A DNA stretch of 64,000 bases. It comes from Armatimonadota bacterium. Lineage in GTDB: Bacteria > Armatimonadota > Fimbriimonadia > Fimbriimonadales > GBS-DC. The stretch's first letter is position 1. Every line of letters starts with the position of its first letter. Of the stretch, positions 61,522-64,000 are shown in pieces. The translations under genes and the position numbers were made by a program. The stretch covers positions 1-64,000 of the forward strand of contig JBBIJY010000005.1 in NCBI GenBank assembly GCA_037445735.1, in the 5' to 3' direction. The notes under the pieces were generated by a model. It ran no database searches and had not been told where the DNA came from. It saw only the letters and a list, made by a program, of their open reading frames with translations.

Positions 61522-61551
61522 ATTATACCACACCGATGACGGCTTTGTCAA
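61522..61551 (-). promoter_or_regulatory. Consensus sigma70 promoter
   Basis: TTGACA-N18-TATAAT with extended TG. Confidence 0.85.
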
Positions 61552-61668
61552 GGGGTCGAGGGGGAATCGGGGGGTTTTCGAGGGCGAATCGGGGGAAATT
61601 TCGGGCAAAATCGGGAGTTTCGGCGCTCGAAGCCGTCGCGCAGGTGCGCGTGGGGTACACTCTGGGGG

Positions 61669-62190
61669 ATGGCGGAGGCGAGTCAACCCGTGCGGCGGGC
61701 AATCTACCCTGGCAGCTTCGACCCGCCCACGATGGGGCATCTGGATATTATCACGCGGGCAGCGCGACTGTTCGACGAACTCATCGTCGCGGTCGCCATC
61801 AACAGCGACAAAAAGCCCCTCTTCAGCCTGCAGGAGCGGGTCGCCATGCTGGAGGAGTGCTGCAGGCAGCTGCCGAATGTGCGCGTGATGCCGCTGGAAG
61901 GTCTGCTGGCACGCTTCGCGCAGCAGGCAGGCGCATGCGCCATCGTGCGCGGGCTGCGAGCCGTATCCGACTTCGAATACGAGTTCCAGATGGCGACCAT
62001 GAACCGCCAGCTGGCGCCCGAAGTGGACACCTGCTTCCTCATGACGCATCAACAGTACGCCTTTCTGTCGTCGTCCATCGTGAAGGAGGTGGCGCGGCTC
62101 GGCGGCGATGTGAGCCAGCTGGTGCCCCCCAATGTGCAGACCCGCCTGCAACAAAAATTTGCTCCACCATCGGCAGGAGACGGTCACTGA
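61669..62190 (+). CDS. coaD: Pantetheine-phosphate adenylyltransferase
   Basis: YPGSFDP.T.GH, RGLRAVSDFEYE, SSSIVKE. Confidence 0.96.
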   Translation: MAEASQPVRRAIYPGSFDPPTMGHLDIITRAARLFDELIVAVAINSDKKPLFSLQERVAMLEECCRQLPNVRVMPLEGLLARFAQQAGACAIVRGLRAVSDFEYEFQMATMNRQLAPEVDTCFLMTHQQYAFLSSSIVKEVARLGGDVSQLVPPNVQTRLQQKFAPPSAGDGH

Positions 62191-62239
62191 ACCGCGAATC
62201 AACCATTTAACCCTGGCGCAAGCGACGGAGGATCGGGCG

Positions 62240-62791
62240 ATGATTAACACGGATGTCATAACTATCAGGCGATGGCTGCGTGAGCTGGATCAGATGCTGG
62301 AGAACAGTCGCAGTTTCGGACCCATCGTGTTCGGCTTGAACAAAGGCGAATGCCTGAACCTGGTCCAGCAGATTCTGGCGAATCTGCCGTCGGATCTGGA
62401 CAAGGCGGAGCGGGTGCTGCGCGAGTCGGATCGGCTGGTGGGCGGTGCGCAGGCGGAGGCGCGCATGACCCTCGAACAGGCGCGGGAGGAAGCCCAGCGG
62501 ATTATCGAGCAGGCGCGACAGCAGGCGGAGGCGATTCTGGAACGCGCCCGCGCCGAGCAGGAGCGCATGCTGGCGCAGACTGAAGTCTACCAGCTGGCAG
62601 AGGCGCAGGCGCGCGAAATCGTGGAGACCGCCCGCCAGAAGGCACAGCAGATTCGACAGGGCGCCGATGAGTACGCCTATGAGGTGCTGACCCAGCTGGA
62701 GGGCGCACTCGCCAAAGTGATGAGCACCGTGCAGAACGGTAAGGCGCTCCTGGAAGACCATCTCAAGCAGCGCGTGGGCGCACGCCGCTGA
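62240..62791 (+). CDS. Coiled-coil (DivIVA/ATPase-b-like) protein typical downstream of coaD
   Basis: A..EA..I heptads, GADEYA..VL..LE. Confidence 0.75.
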   Translation: MINTDVITIRRWLRELDQMLENSRSFGPIVFGLNKGECLNLVQQILANLPSDLDKAERVLRESDRLVGGAQAEARMTLEQAREEAQRIIEQARQQAEAILERARAEQERMLAQTEVYQLAEAQAREIVETARQKAQQIRQGADEYAYEVLTQLEGALAKVMSTVQNGKALLEDHLKQRVGARR

Positions 62792-62795
62792 CGGC

Positions 62796-62820
62796 GCAGG
62801 GCAGGCATCCCCTGCCCTGC
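62796..62820. terminator. Hairpin between convergent genes
   Basis: GCAGGGCAGG / CCTGCCCTGC. Confidence 0.6.
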
Positions 62821-62822
62821 CG

Positions 62823-63515
62823 CTAAATCAGCCGCAGCCAGTCGCGCAACAGGAACTCCACGCGCTCCAGAAACACTGCCAGGCGCGTCATCACCGTGTT
62901 GCCGAAAAACGCGCCAAAGCTCAACATCAGCAGCCATCGCCCAGCTCGCGCTGCCCCCCGCACCGGCTTCGAACGATGCTCAAACGAAAAGAGGAAATAG
63001 ACCATCACGCACACCAGCGTCGCCACGAAGATAAGGTTATTCAGCGACATCGCCAGCGAGAAGGGCGCGGGCGAGTCGCTCACCAGCGGGGAGCCGTCCG
63101 CACGCGCCAGCAACGGGCGCAACGAATCGGCAAACTGCGGCATGTTGAGCAACAGCTGCTGCTTGAACACCACGCCCGCGCTCGCGCCCAGCATCAGCCC
63201 GATCACGATCCGCGCCAGCCAGAAGTAGCGACGGCTCAGCTGAAAGTACCAGAGCAGACCCAGCAAGCCCACCAGCAGCCATAGCGCCTGTGCACTGCCC
63301 GGCGCGAACCCCTGCCCGATCGCCGCAAAGCCCGCCACCATCGGCTGCCACCACAACGGCGCCAGCACCTGCTTCCAGGTAATCACGAAGTTGTAGCCCA
63401 CGCCCAGCCCGATCATGAGATGTAGCAGCAGGCGATAGAATCGATTCTCGCGCCACAGATACGAATAGATGCCCAGCGTTACAATCGCCGCCAGCCAGAC
63501 CCCGACCCGTTCCAT
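62823..63515 (-). CDS. Membrane protein, hypothetical
   Basis: SYLWRENRFYR, FGAFFGNTVMTR, multiple TM helices. Confidence 0.7.
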   Translation of the reverse strand: MERVGVWLAAIVTLGIYSYLWRENRFYRLLLHLMIGLGVGYNFVITWKQVLAPLWWQPMVAGFAAIGQGFAPGSAQALWLLVGLLGLLWYFQLSRRYFWLARIVIGLMLGASAGVVFKQQLLLNMPQFADSLRPLLARADGSPLVSDSPAPFSLAMSLNNLIFVATLVCVMVYFLFSFEHRSKPVRGAARAGRWLLMLSFGAFFGNTVMTRLAVFLERVEFLLRDWLRLI

Positions 63516-63535
63516 CTCCACAGGCAGCACCTCCT

Positions 63536-64000
63536 CTAACGCGCGCGCCCGCGCGCACCCCAGTAGCCCAGATTGCCAATCAAAATCGCCAGAATCACCA
63601 TCAGATGCCCGAACGATTGAGGCACAATCAGGCGTGTGGCGCGACTGGTGCGCTCGCGCGGGTTCGGATGCAACAGCGCGTCGTATTCCGCCGCGCCCCG
63701 CACGCCCACCAGCATCCCCGTCAGCTGACCCGACAGCAGATAGCGGTAATAAGTGGTGGACTGAATGCCCGCGCACCCGAAGGCAATCGGCGTGCCGTAG
63801 ACCTCATGCACGAACGAAATCCAGTCCTCCATCGGCGAGTAGGTCACCGAGTAGATGAGGTAGATGTCGTTGATGTTGCGCACGCGCTGCATCAGGGGCA
63901 GGTGCCGGGCGTCGTCCAGTGAATAGCCGCGCGTGTCCTGCCGGTACTGCAGGCGAATATCTTTGGCGATTTGCTGCATCGCGCGCCAGCCGCCCCGCGT
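63536..64000 (-). CDS. Hypothetical protein, C-terminal part (starts beyond window)
   Basis: GQLTGMLVGVRGAAEY, QSFGHL..ILIGN; open to window edge. Confidence 0.7.
   Translation of the reverse strand, partial: TRGGWRAMQQIAKDIRLQYRQDTRGYSLDDARHLPLMQRVRNINDIYLIYSVTYSPMEDWISFVHEVYGTPIAFGCAGIQSTTYYRYLLSGQLTGMLVGVRGAAEYDALLHPNPRERTSRATRLIVPQSFGHLMVILAILIGNLGYWGARGRAR

Noticed and set aside
61072-62259. Long ORFs (395 aa minus, 276 aa plus, N-terminal extension of nuoE) over the ncRNA region
   Set aside because: Shadow frames of coaD in GC-rich DNA; Arg/Ala/Pro-rich, no motifs

Overview
GC-rich bacterial chromosomal window. The paired-Cys dockerin-like C-termini and overall gene style suggest Armatimonadota/Fimbriimonadales (inference). 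Most of it is housekeeping, envelope and protease genes (argS, citrate synthase, thiE, ybeY, rpsU, deoB, nuoE, coaD), plus four tRNAs (Gly, Met, Leu, Ser). There are two decaying accessory patches: an RHS toxin/TPR cassette with a PIN pseudogene (30.9-35 kb), and a methyltransferase / tandem Uma2 / methyltransferase patch (56.9-59.4 kb). The best novelty candidate is a ~325-nt, densely folded, apparently stand-alone non-coding RNA between nuoE and coaD (minus strand). It has a consensus sigma70 promoter, an 11-bp closing stem, a U-tract and G-U pairs that fix its strand, and I cannot assign it to a known family. Other signals are widespread leaderless -10/start architecture, a four-member ECF-type promoter motif, a decayed tRNA-Gly copy and several REP-like palindrome families. 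No CRISPR array was seen.
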